Below are positions 43,773 through 55,644 of a stretch of 64,000 bases of DNA, in pieces. Source of the stretch: the human T2T-CHM13v2.0 reference genome, Homo sapiens. The first letter of the stretch is position 1; every line of letters begins with the position of its first letter. Position numbers and translations under genes: made by a program. The stretch lies in assembly GCF_009914755.1 (NCBI RefSeq), contig NC_060935.1. One strand, given 5' to 3'. A model generated the notes under the pieces. It was not told where the DNA came from and did no database searches. It worked only from the letters and a program-made list of their open reading frames with translations.

Positions 43773-46700
43773 CTGTAGCCTCTAGAGTCTAGTGTATTTT
43801 TTTTTTAATTTAAGATACACACACCACACAATACATGCATACAGATCCTTCTACCACCATATAAATCTTTTTATTCTGATACCAACAAGCACTACAGCTA
43901 TTCTTAGCTTTAATTTGTAAACTAGAGACTTCTGTCCCTCAGGCACAGTGGTTTTCCTGCCTAAAAGTAGTATATGAAGATGACTGTTAATAAGTCAAAC
44001 CAACCATATGGTGTCAGCAATGATGCATGCAAAAAATTCAACTCATTCAATAATTAGGTCTATCCAAAAGTATACAGGTTAAAAATTAATAAATTACTAT
44101 TTTAAAATATATAATGAGCACCTTCTAAAAGCAATGTATAACAACCCACGAGATGTAAAAACCATTATGCTGTTTATAATGCATCAGGAAACAGTAGAAT
44201 AGCATGGCTAGAAAATAGGATTTGTAGTTAGACAAATCTCAGTGCATATCCCAGCATGACCTGTTACTATTGGTAAGACTTCTGAAAAGCTTTCTGTGCT
44301 TGTTAGCTTGTTTATCTTTTTTCTGGCCTGTTTATAGTTCTCCCATCTCTATAGTAGGGTTAATAACAGTGTCCATCAGATAAGCTCATTATGAGCTGTA
44401 AATAAAATAATGCATATGAATGCATAAAACTATGCCTGACACTTAATAATTGGTGGCCATTTATAGCATGTTATAGGGAAAACAGTCTAACCAAAAATAA
44501 TTTAAATCAATAAGTTTTCATTACTCTTCTTAAAAGAGCAGTTTTATGCAAGGCTGATAAACAAATTGAAAGTTATATTTAAATAAAAGTGATAAGGAAC
44601 AAAGGTTAAATAATACATCAGAATAACACAAACTACAAAAAGTAGAGACTCAGAGCAAAAAGTCATAACACATTTGAAACTATTAACTATCCTTTTATTA
44701 AATTATCTACCTCTTGCTTCCAAAAGCCTGCCCTTGCTAGGTTCTCCTCATTCTTGGTGTTTCTTCTTCTCTACTTCTTTGCTGACTCTACAGTAATTTC
44801 ATTAAATTATGCAGCAAATAACTCACAGCAGGATTTACTAAAAATCATGAAGGAAATTTGGATAGATAGAAAATAACTGTAACACAAAGCTTAACTAGAG
44901 AAGTGCTACAAACAAGGGAAAGAAAAGTTGTATGGGACTCAAGGGAGGAAGAAGTTACTACTGACAGAGAGAACTAGGAAAGTCTCTGTAGAGGAGCTGC
45001 CTTTTCAGATAGGTCTTAGACATCAGGTAGGATTTGGATGTGCTTCCAAAGGGAAGGACACATGAACCAGCAGACATGAACCAGCAGGGCAAGCAGGAGC
45101 AAAGGCTCAGAGGCAATAAGCATGGAAATGAACCAGGAATAGCAAGGAGTTCAAATGGTTGAAATTTAGACCTCATCATGGAGGGAGGGAGAAAATGATA
45201 TTAGAAATGCTATTTAAAGCCAAACTGTGGATGACTTTGGGTGTCTCCACTGCTATGCCATTATCTCCTCTTCTCCACTGCACGAACTTCCACAGGGCTG
45301 GGTGCCTTCCCAATTTGATCATCATTATAACTCAATGCTGAAGACAGCACCCAAACACCTAGTATTAAAAAATACGTTTTTAATTATTCAAGCTTCCTTG
45401 GTAATAAGCCAGGTAATCTTGTGTTCTGGTTCTAATTCTACCACTAACAAGCTCTGTGGGCCTGAGAAACTAATGTCACCTCCCTTCCAGATCAAGCTTG
45501 CTCATCCATAAAATGACTGATATGGTTTTGATGAGTACTCAGGGTTTTAATTCTGTAAAATTACCTTTCACGAAGTTATTATTTTATATAATATACGCTT
45601 AAATTTTAAAAAAGATATAGTTTTGCCATTTGACATCCAAATGAATGACATTTCACTTCAAATTATGGAGACTGTTAAATGCAAAAACACAGCTTTTAAG
45701 AATGGTATTTAAGGACATTTCCCAGTTTTCATGGTTGGAAAAAAAATAGAATGTCTCCTTAAGAAAAGTGGTTGCCATATTTCTCAATTCTAAATTATAC
45801 TTTTATATATTAATGTTTATAAAGTTGTGAAGTTTTTCAATCATGAACAGAAGTCTATTTTTTATTGAAGAAATGTTTAGATCAATGATATGTCTTAGAA
45901 TTAAGGCATTGATACAATAGTTGACTGAAAAACTTTATTGAACAAATACTACTTGAGTTCCTACCACATGTCCAAATACTATGTTAGGACCCAGGGATAC
46001 ACTTTGGAGGAAAAAGACATTCCAATGCAATAGTAAACTATTTCTATCTGGAGTAATCATGGAACTTTATGGGAGCAGAAAAAGTGTTTCCCTGAGTCTC
46101 ATGGTTTCAACAGACATTCTGGAGGAGGTGATATTGATAGAGTGAAAAGGACCCATAGGAGTTATCTATGTTAACAAGAGGAAGGTGTTTTTTTTTAGCT
46201 AGAGACAACTGTGTGAGCCACAGCATAAAGGGGAAGGTAGGTATACTGGGGCCACTGTAAGATATCTGGAATGTAAAAATCATAGATGTGAGAGATAAGA
46301 CTGAATGACAAATGAGTGACAGTTATGATGGTCGTGACTGTCATGCTAAAAAGTTCAGCCTTTAATTCTAAAAATGCTGTGGCTCCAGTGATGGGTCCCA
46401 GATGAGAATATCAACTGGAGAACAACACCATGATGAGGGGTATCACCACTGTCGATTACAAACTGATTGGCAGGGAAGCTGGAGGAGGGGATGGGCAGGA
46501 GGCAACTGCTGCAACAGTTCCGGTGAGTTGTGAAGAAGATGTGGCTATTGAAAAGATGGATGAGATATTTATTTTATAAGGTAGAAAAGACAAAATTTAA
46601 TTAGTACTTGAGAGTGGGCAATGAAAGGAAGGAGAGAACAGTAGAAGTTAAAATCCGAATTATTTTCAAAGAGTAATTTAAGATCACGTAACTTCTTAAA

Positions 46701-49700
46701 TTCCTGAACAGCTGAAAAAATGAGTAAAACTCAATTATTAAGAACCCCAGGCTAGAGTCTCAGACTTGACCTTGCCAAGTTGAAGGACATCAGTCTAATT
46801 CACCATCCTAGAAGATAAGGATCATCCCTTGCTGGAATAAACCTGATTCCTACCCCAGGAGCAATAGGTCCACTGTATTCTTCTGGGAATATGCATCCCA
46901 GAATCTAAGAAAGTAACATAAATAAAGCTTCTCAATGGTTTGAAAGCTTTCAAGGAATCTCCAAAGTGAATCATCAGAAGAGGGAGAGAAAGGATTGTAA
47001 GTGTAACTCAAAACATCTATTCTCAAAAATTCACCAGATGAGTGATGACTTTAGTATGAACCTCAGTGACTGCTTAACACCAAACCACTTTTACTAAGCA
47101 ACAATTATGTACCAGGTGTCATGTTCTACTTATGCTTGGCCCAGCTTCCTCATCTATGAAACTGGAAGTAAGAAGACCTATTTGTTAGAATTACTGTGGT
47201 ATTTAAATTGCAAATATTGCTTTGATAAATTGATAAATGTAAGGAATTTTCACTTTCACCATTCTTAACATTTAATTTGGCATATATGACCTTTCCTAAT
47301 TTGTCTGCCGCATCCCTCTTAACACCTCCTTCCTCACACATTGTAATCTTCAGCTAGGTCAGATTACTGAAGCCCGCATGATGTCTTCTCATCTCCATGT
47401 TATGGCTATGGTAAGTCCCCTGGTTGACTTTCTTTTAGCATGTGATACTTTCCCATCAGATCACTTTTCAATGACTAAATAATTATTTTGAAATAAATAT
47501 CTTTATGCCACACCAGACTCTAAAAGTCCGTAAGAGCAAAGATCAACCTATTCCGATCACCCCTAAATTTCTCTGCTTATCAAGTGAATTAATAAAGTTT
47601 CTCAGGCAAGATCTTATACTTCTCAAATCTTCAAGTTTTAAAACTGCATTTTATATAAAATGCAGTAAAATAAAACAAAAAAAATTAAGTAGCACTTGAG
47701 CCCTTAATGACAGTTTCTTTGTTCCTCACAAGAAGACCACAATAGGAGAGACATCCTGGGTTTCCTTTTGACTTCACCAGGCCTCAAGGACTCCAGTCAC
47801 TTCTTAAATTCAAGGACTTCACAAACCCATTCCTCAATTTCTCTATGACTTGGATCTATCTTATTTCTAATTTTCTAATTATCAGCCCCCCTAATACCTT
47901 ATTCTCATCCCCTCCATTGTTCTCATCACAGCATGTGTAATCTATAGCCAATAGAAAAGAAAGATGTTCTGGGAAGATAAATTTGGCTTTGATACACCTG
48001 AGAACTGGAGGAGGCAGAGATTAGAGCTAGCTAAGAGGCTATGATCCAGAACAGGTATGTAAAAAAGTGCTGTCTCTGGTCTATGGCAGTGGGAAAAGAG
48101 AGGCATATGTACTATCTGACTTGGAGACTGGTGACATATGAGGGTCAAAAGAGAAAAGATGGCAGAGGTTTCAAGCCTAAGTAACTGGGGGTAAGGTATT
48201 TTGGTTAACACAAACTAGAAAGTCCACTGAATGTGGACAAATGTCTAGTTTAGACTTACAAATAGCATCATTTACTACTTATCATTAAGTGGGGGCAAAT
48301 ATGCATACATTGTTTGTATTTCTTTCTTGTTTTTCTTTTCTGTTTTCCAGCTTTGCTACACTGAGCACATATTACTTTATTAATAGAAAAAACAATCCTG
48401 TTTTCACACAAACTTTGTTATGCACATGTTCACAGGCAGTATAGGTGAGATATTGTAGAGGAGATGTTCAGCAGGAAGATGGAATTGTAAGCCTGAGCTC
48501 ATGAGTAGTCAAGGATATAGGCATAGTTTTAAAGTCATCTGCATAGAGTTAAAGCCCTGGGAATGCATGAGATCCTCAAGCAAAGGAGATTGAATTAGAG
48601 GGCCAGATGATGAAATTCTGTCTCAAGTTGTGCAGCCCTGACGCACTCACAGGGAATGACTGGTGCTAGGTAAGAGCACAAGAAACATCACACTAGCCTT
48701 GAGGTTTTGTCAACTTCCTCAGATTTAGTCTCAGAGAGTAGGAGAACGAGGTGTGGACAACATCTCTGCACCATGAGAGTGTTCTGAAGTTATGTCTATC
48801 AATGCTCTTTACTTATTGTTACAGTGATTTGTTTTTGTGTCATCATGCTGATGAAGCTGGGATGAAGAAGTAAATCTTATTCAATTATTATCCTTCTTTG
48901 TTTTTCCCTCACCTAAGTACTTTCACATACCAGGCACTTTATATATACATACATATATTTGCTGAAGAAACCAATCACACATATAGAGCTACTTTTTCCA
49001 ATCCCCTCCCACTCTCAAATGCCTTAGCTTTCCTTGGTCAAGCTGCTACTTGCTTTTCTATCAGAATCAGTCCTCTAAAACCCAGATGACACGACATGTC
49101 CTGCCTTGAGGCGTTTTCTCCATATATCCCTCATTCCTACTTTGAAAGTTCACCATTTTTGCTCACTGTACACATTATTTACCCGTAAGAACATAGCATG
49201 TTATTTTACGTGGCATTTAGAAAATCTGTAATTAGCTAAGCTAGAAACAAGGCAATAAACTGCCCAGTGGAGCATGGCTCAGACTCGATATGCATTTTGG
49301 GGGGTTTTATTTGACACACTCATCGCCAAATTTAGCTCTTTCTACATTCCTAGACCTACTACTTTGACATTTAAGACCCATCTTCTACAACTGCTTGAAG
49401 AAATAGTCTTTCAGAAATCGGTACTAAAGAGATAGTTAAGTCCGAACCCTATCTTTGGTTGAATTTCACAACCTGAAAGAACTTTACAAACTCTAAAACA
49501 ACATAACAATGTGACCCAAATAAGTGTCAGAGTTGCTGGTGTGAAGAGTCAGTTTAAGGACTCCTGACACTGGGCCTGGGCTGCCTTCATCCTGTTACTT
49601 TGTCTATGGGACAGTTAATGTATTCTTCTGCTGTCATGTCACATGGCTTAGGTGGGGGAAGCTGGTATAGATGTGCCTTGAGTGGAAATATTTTTCTTAT

Positions 49701-50109
49701 AGGGTAGATCTTATTTTAAGTATTTAGAGGCATTTGTTATTTAGCAGAGCTCTGCAGTCAAACTTTTACATAGCAAAGAAACACTCGAAACACTCTCTAA
49801 ATTGTCTGCCAACTTAATTTATTTTCCACTATAGCAATATAAAACTGGAGTTGGGTTTTTTTATTACCAACAGACTTGGTTATCTCACTCATACAAGTAA
49901 GCTGAAGCTAAACAGACCGACTGTTCCTATTCTCCTCTGCCACTTATGATCTCAGGCAACTCTCTTACCTCTCTCATTTTTTATCTTTTTAAATAAAATT
50001 GGGTTTAGGACTATCTGCTTGTCTACACCCTCAGCAATGCTGGGGAGATCAAGTGGGAAAATGTATGTGAAAACAGTCTGTAATAATAACAATTATGACA
50101 ACAGGAATA

Positions 50110-50290
50110 ATAGCTAACACTCATTCAGCATTTATTATGTGTCAGGCACAGCTTTGCATAAATTAACTCATTTAATTCTTACAAAAATACTAAGATGCAG
50201 GTATTGTTATTATTCCCATTTTACAGACAGAAAACGAAGGCACAGAGGCTAAGTAACTCACACAAGTCACAAAGCTAGTAAGTAAAGAAG
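50110..50290 (-). mobile_element. MIR (one of many in the window)
   Basis: tattcccattttacagacagaaaacgaaggcacagaggctaagtaact MIR core. Further MIRs near 1510-1675, 17530-17730, 29560-29750, 44190-44460, 55147-55345 and 60575-60790. Confidence 0.8.
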
Positions 50291-53200
50291 CTGGAATAAA
50301 TGACCATGTGCTACCTATACCCTGAGGACAGTGATAATAAACCTTTTGCTTACAGAGACTACAAAAGATAAAATAAGTATCACAGGAAAATTAAATAATC
50401 ATCATTTTATAGATGAGGCAATTGAGGTTCAGCAAGGTTTCACAGTTTGCCTAATTATATTTTCAGAGTATCTAAATTTAGAATATATTTAAACTATGTC
50501 TGAAGTGCTCTGTTTTCAAATTAAGGACAGTAGAGCAAATCTTTTGAAAACAGATTCAATGGTCAATTTTAAATTCTAGTGGCCTAACCAGCTATTATAC
50601 TGGGAAATTATAGATTAAATATGCCTGGACATTCATAAGAATAAGGGCTTAAGAAATATTAGCTACTATCCCTATAAATGTCCCAATGCCTAGATCAGAG
50701 TCCCAAAGCACATCAAGAGTTCTAGACAAGATAGTACAGTTCTTTTTGAAAGGGTGAATGAGCAATTATAGTCTCTGGATTTGGAGAGTAATAAAAAAGT
50801 GGAGTCTCAAGTGTGAACTTTTTGTTTTCATTTTCCCTAAATGACCTATTTTTTTAAAAACTCTATAAATTCACATCCTAATCAAGATAAAATTTTCAGA
50901 AATAGATTTTAATTCATTCCTTTTCACTGAATGCACAGTGGTACTTAATAATACCAAAAATCCAGTTAGAAAGGAGAAGGTAAGTTTAACCCACCTACTA
51001 ATGAAACAACACCTTTAAAAAGAAGGCATAATCCCTGTGGGCCAGCTGTGTGCCAGGCACTCACAGGCCAGCAAGTGCAAACAGCAAGGCTTGACTCTGA
51101 GTGAAACGGAACCGGGTCAAATCTGGCTCTTCCTCTACTAGCTGGGTGGCCTCAGGCAAAGTTACTTCATTTCTTTGACTCTATCAGGAGCCTCTGAACA
51201 CACAGCTGACCTTCTAGCATGGAATCACTGGAATCCAGGCCAACTGCTGTCCCCTATGGGGTTTGGTGGGATTTATCATCTTGTTTCAAGGCCTACTTCA
51301 CAAGACCCCAGAGATACTTTTTGGAGTCTTTCAAGATCAGACTGGCCAATCTACATGGCTATAAGAGACACATCATGGGAATTTAGTAGATTAAAAAGGG
51401 CCCTATTTGGCATTGAACCAAATGAGTATCAAGAGTCTAGCTGAGCCAAGATTCCCTTAATAACAAATGTATATGATATCCTATCAGAACAGTGCAGGTC
51501 TTCTCTATCTCATTGAACACCCACAACCTTCTCAAAGCTAGGCCCACTAACCTCCACTACCTGCTCTCTCCGGGGACACACCAGAGTTGAACACTAAGGA
51601 CGGAGAGATGCATTCTTATCTGTGGACAGACAGGCTGTGATTTGAAAGTACTATAAGGTACACCTGGCTGACTGGAGTCTGGGTGGGCAGTTGAGGTTGT
51701 ATTTCACATGAACTCATAACCCACATGGCTCCCTATGCAGCTTAAACCATGAAACATGGAGCACGTGCATGTTCCAACCATTTCCTACAGTGGCCTAGCT
51801 TTCACCCAATTCACTGTGCCTGCTGTCCAATCTATAATTCAGCTAACAGGGCCTTTGGGCTTAAGGCTGCTAAAGACAGGTTACCACTGAGCATTAGAGC
51901 TCTGGGAAAAACAAGCTCCTCTACTGAGATGTTGAATGTAACACCACCGCAGTATCTGTAGAATGAACTTCCCAAGACTTCAGATTTCTTATTTATACAG
52001 ACTTCTGTGACTACAGCCTCCACTGCAACTTCAGTCTACAAAACATGGCTAACGAAGTGCTTTCGAGCTTGGGAGTTAAATTGCTCCTGAGAGTATGTCA
52101 GGAGCAAAGCTGAAAATGGTGATAACTTGGGGACAAAATATATATGTAATATTGGGATCACAATTTATTAGGAATTAATAAGCACTTGTATATCATATCC
52201 TTCTTGCCTAGCATTTATATAGGCTTAAAAAAATGGTAGCTAGTGTGATAATAATCCTTGCAGATCTCCTAGAGAACAGGCATGATCACCTTCAGCTAGC
52301 ACTGTTGGTTGCTCACCTGTCATCTATTGGGAGAAAGCATTCTCCCTGTTTACAAGTAAGGAAACCAAAACAAGGAGGTTAGAGAACTTACCTAAGATTG
52401 CCTACTACATGCAGAGTAAAGTAAGGATCCAGATGGAGGCAGTTCAACTCTGGAATTTGGGCTATTAATCACTGTACCCTTCCATCTCTTCTGTTTATGT
52501 GAGGAGACTGAAATCTACAGACATAGAACTTCTCTGCTGTCATGCTGTTACCTGGATTGTACACAGAAGTCCAAATTACAGCTACATCCCCGTTTAAACA
52601 GTAAGCCGTTTCTAAATCTGAATCCTGAGGACTTTCGAGCAGCCAGAAGGGTTTTCAGACATTATGACATGCAGCAAGAAAGTACACAGAGAGAATTTTT
52701 TTAGATGAAAAGCCCCATCCAACAGTGGCTGATAACATTTTCTGTTCTCTGATAACCCCCTTGCTACTAGAGCAGCTGAAGATGACTCCAAATGCATGAA
52801 TCTGTTCATCTGTTCACATGCTAAAAGAAAAAGGCCTGGCAGTTCATGATTAAAGAGGCACGAAAGTCCCCAGATCACAAATGCCCTTTCAAAAATTTTC
52901 CACATTTGTTCTAGTTTCAAGCCATGATAAAGAGTTTCCAATCAAATGCATCAGCTAAAATGAATCCATTTTCTGAAACAGAAGTGGCTAGTTTGGGTCC
53001 AGCACTTATAACGAAAGGTTCCTGGTGTCACAGACCATGAAATAAGACTGTTTGAAGTTGTTCCCATGGAGAATCCCAGAGGACTTTAAAACTTCTGAGC
53101 AGGAAGATCCTTGACCCTTGCCCAACTCCTTTCCACTTAACAGCGATGCAACTGAGCTGAAGAGACTTGTCCAAAGCCACTGAGCAGGTTAGTTAGTGGC

Positions 53201-53769
53201 AGGGCTAAAATCTGTAATGAGGGGTTGGTCATGCGCAGGTTGCAAACAGCCTTGTCCAAGGATTCACACTTGGAGTAGATACATTGCACCCTCACTTTTG
53301 ACTAGGCCTAACTTCTGGTACAAACCTGTGGAGTCAAAATCTGATTTTAAATATTGTAAAAAACAAAAACAAACAACCTCTCATTTTTCAGATCTCTCAA
53401 TGAAAACTTTAGGGCCAAATCAAGAAATCATAAGGCTATCATAGGCCCTTACATAAAAATGGCCTTAAAATATACACACAACCTCCTTTTCATAGAAGAC
53501 AGAGAGCCAGAGAGATAGAAATACAGAAAGAGAGGGAGAAAGAATACTTTGCCCCTGACATATACACACAAAAGTACTTGGCTTACTGTAAGCAAAAAGC
53601 AAAAAAAAAAAAAAAACAAAACAAAACAAAAACCCTCAAACTCCTTTGTCTTAAGGGCAGAGAGAAAGGTGACAAAATTTGAAATAAAGTGAGCCACTGA
53701 AGACAGGAATGGGCAAACTCCAGCTAGCCTGGAACTATCCCGGTTTCCTCTGTGAACCAGCCTAGGGGC

Positions 53770-54650
53770 TTCCCCTCGGTCCGCCCCTGCACGGAAGGAC
53801 GTGCGTGACACTGGGCTGCGTCATTGGCAGAACTGCCCGCGCCCAGAAAACGAGCTGGAGTGGAGAACAGAATGCAATTGCAGACAATCTTCCTCTGGTT
53901 CCCTGGGGAGGCCTGCTCTGGGCAGAGAGATCCCAGGGGACTGTGCGGGAAGGAGCTAAAGCAATAGCCCAAAAGCGCCAGGGAATGCACTTGAAGTTTC
54001 AGACGTTTTTCTTTTCTTTGAAACTAAGTTTCCAGCCCACCAGGAAAAACTGCCTCGCGACCTAGTGATTTTAATCTCACGCTTGGCCGCAAGCCGCTGC
54101 CTCGAGACTGGAAACCGGCCGCGAGGCGCTCTATCCCCCTGACCCCCTCCCCCCGCGGTCACCTGCGATATCCCAGAGCTGCAGGCGCACCACAGTCTCC
54201 GGGTCCCAGTGGAGCACCTTGAGCGCGAAGTCCACGCCGATTGTGGCCCGGTAGTGCGAGGAGAAGTTCTGGTGCACGTAGCGCTTGATGATACTGGTCT
54301 TCCCCACGCCCAGGTCGCCAATCACCAGCAACTTGTACAGGTGCTCCTTGTGCGGGGCCTGCATCCTGGCGGCCGGCCAGACGTGCCGTGCCTGACCAGG
54401 GAAGCGCAGCCTGGGCTCTGCGCACGAGAGAGACTTGGGGAGCGCAAGTGTAGGTGCAGAGAGAGGCGTGGGCGGCGGGGCGGGGGCTGGGGGGCGGAAC
54501 TCCTCCCCTAGGGGTTAATCCTCCTTCCTACTCCGCGGTCTTGGAGAGGGGAGGAGACAGGAGCGAGTCCCGGGACTGGCAGCTGAAAGGGGTTCGCGTG
54601 TGGTTGCCTGTTGCAGCGCTTATTTATCCGGCGCTTTAGAGTTTCCGAAG
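53770..54650. promoter_or_regulatory. CpG island / RAB38 promoter
   Basis: Abrupt rise in GC and CpG density against the AT-rich flanks; spans exon 1. Tandem GC boxes (GGGCGG, GGGGCGGGG) at 54470-54497; no TATA box seen. Confidence 0.9.
54163..54364 (-). CDS. RAB38: RAB38 coding exon 1 (aa 1-67 plus first base of Gly68)
   Basis: Translates MQAPHKEHLYKLLVIGDLGVGKTSIIKRYVHQNFSSHYRATIGVDFALKVLHWDPETVVRLQLWDIAG: Rab P-loop GDLGVGKT, switch I TIGVDF, and WDIAG (Ile in place of the usual Thr, typical of RAB29/32/38). ATG in context GCCAGGATGC; donor CAG|GTGACC at 54163/54162; 202 nt, phase 1. Confidence 0.98.
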
Positions 54651-55411
54651 AGCTGTTTTCACCTGTGACCCTGGCCACAAACTTGTGAGGTGTGGATCTT
54701 ATTTTCCACGTTTTGCTTGCGAGAAAACTGATTGTGAAAAAGTACTCTGCGGGAGATGGCCGGTGAAAGGCCCCGTTGACCACAGGTCTGAAGTCACAGG
54801 CTCTTAACTACCCCACACTGTAGAGAGAAATTACAGTATTAGGAAGCCCAAGACTGGCTGGGCTTGGTTCCTGCGTGCCCTGGTTTTTAAGTTGAGGGAC
54901 CATAAGTAAGTCATTTGAGCTCTCACAGCCTGTTATTTCTCAATGAATGGCAATGCTGACCTCTGAGCAGCTTGGAGGTGGGAACACTGAGCACTTTCAC
55001 ACCCATTCAACTGGTAATCAGTTAACAAGGAGGACAACTGGGCCGAAAATGCCAAGGGCACTGGTGACTTTTAGCCTCTTCCCATATCCTAAAAACTCAG
55101 AGCTGCACAGAAAGACAGTTTTAACAATCGGTCAGATTATTACAAATAATAATAATGGCAAACATTTATTGAGCACTCGCTATATGCCAGAGGGTTTATA
55201 AATTATGTCATTTAGTCATCCCAGCTGTCTTAATAATAGATACCATTTTTCTTCCTATTTTACAAATGAGGAAGCTAAGGACCAGACATTTTAAGTAATG
55301 GACCCAGAGTCAAATAGTAAGGAAAAAAACCAAATTCAAACATAGGTCTTTAGGTTCCCAACTTCTTTTTGTTGTTTTTGTTGTTTGTTTTCATTCATTT
55401 GACCAATATAC

Positions 55412-55644
55412 ATTTTATTACCAATTAATATATGACAAATTGTACTTATTTTGTCTTGTCTGTCTCCACCTACAAGAAGGTAAATTTTTTTGAGGCCAGT
55501 AGGCATTGTCTGCGTTAGGATTTCTGTATCATCCTCCTAACGCAGACAATGCCTACTGGCCTAAGAAAAATTTACCTTCTTGTGGGTGGAGACAGGACAA
55601 GACAAAATAAATACAATTTGTCATATATTAATTGGTAATAAAAT
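55412..55644. repeat. 233-bp quasi-palindrome (arms 109 and 110 bp, 14-nt spacer)
   Basis: 55412-55520 is the reverse complement of 55535-55644 apart from 4 substitutions and one 1-nt indel. Confidence 0.97.
55482..55573 (+). ncRNA. MIR3166: microRNA hairpin, probably MIR3166 (mature ~55541-55563 CGCAGACAATGCCTACTGGCCTA)
   Basis: Perfect 28-bp stem (55493-55520 / 55535-55562) with a 14-nt loop is seen directly. The 3' arm matches my memory of hsa-miR-3166, which lies next to RAB38; the name needs a miRBase check. Confidence 0.8.

Noticed and set aside
45060-45087. 14-bp tandem duplication ACATGAACCAGCAG x2 (similar case near 1519-1548)
   Set aside because: Ordinary slippage duplications within old repeats.
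51752-51774. p53-like element AAACATGGAG-cac-GTGCATGTTC
   Set aside because: Four mismatches to RRRCWWGYYY x2 plus a 3-nt spacer; too weak.
53956-54511. Overlapping ORFs in other frames and on the plus strand over exon 1
   Set aside because: Expected in stop-poor CpG-island sequence; no recognisable homology.
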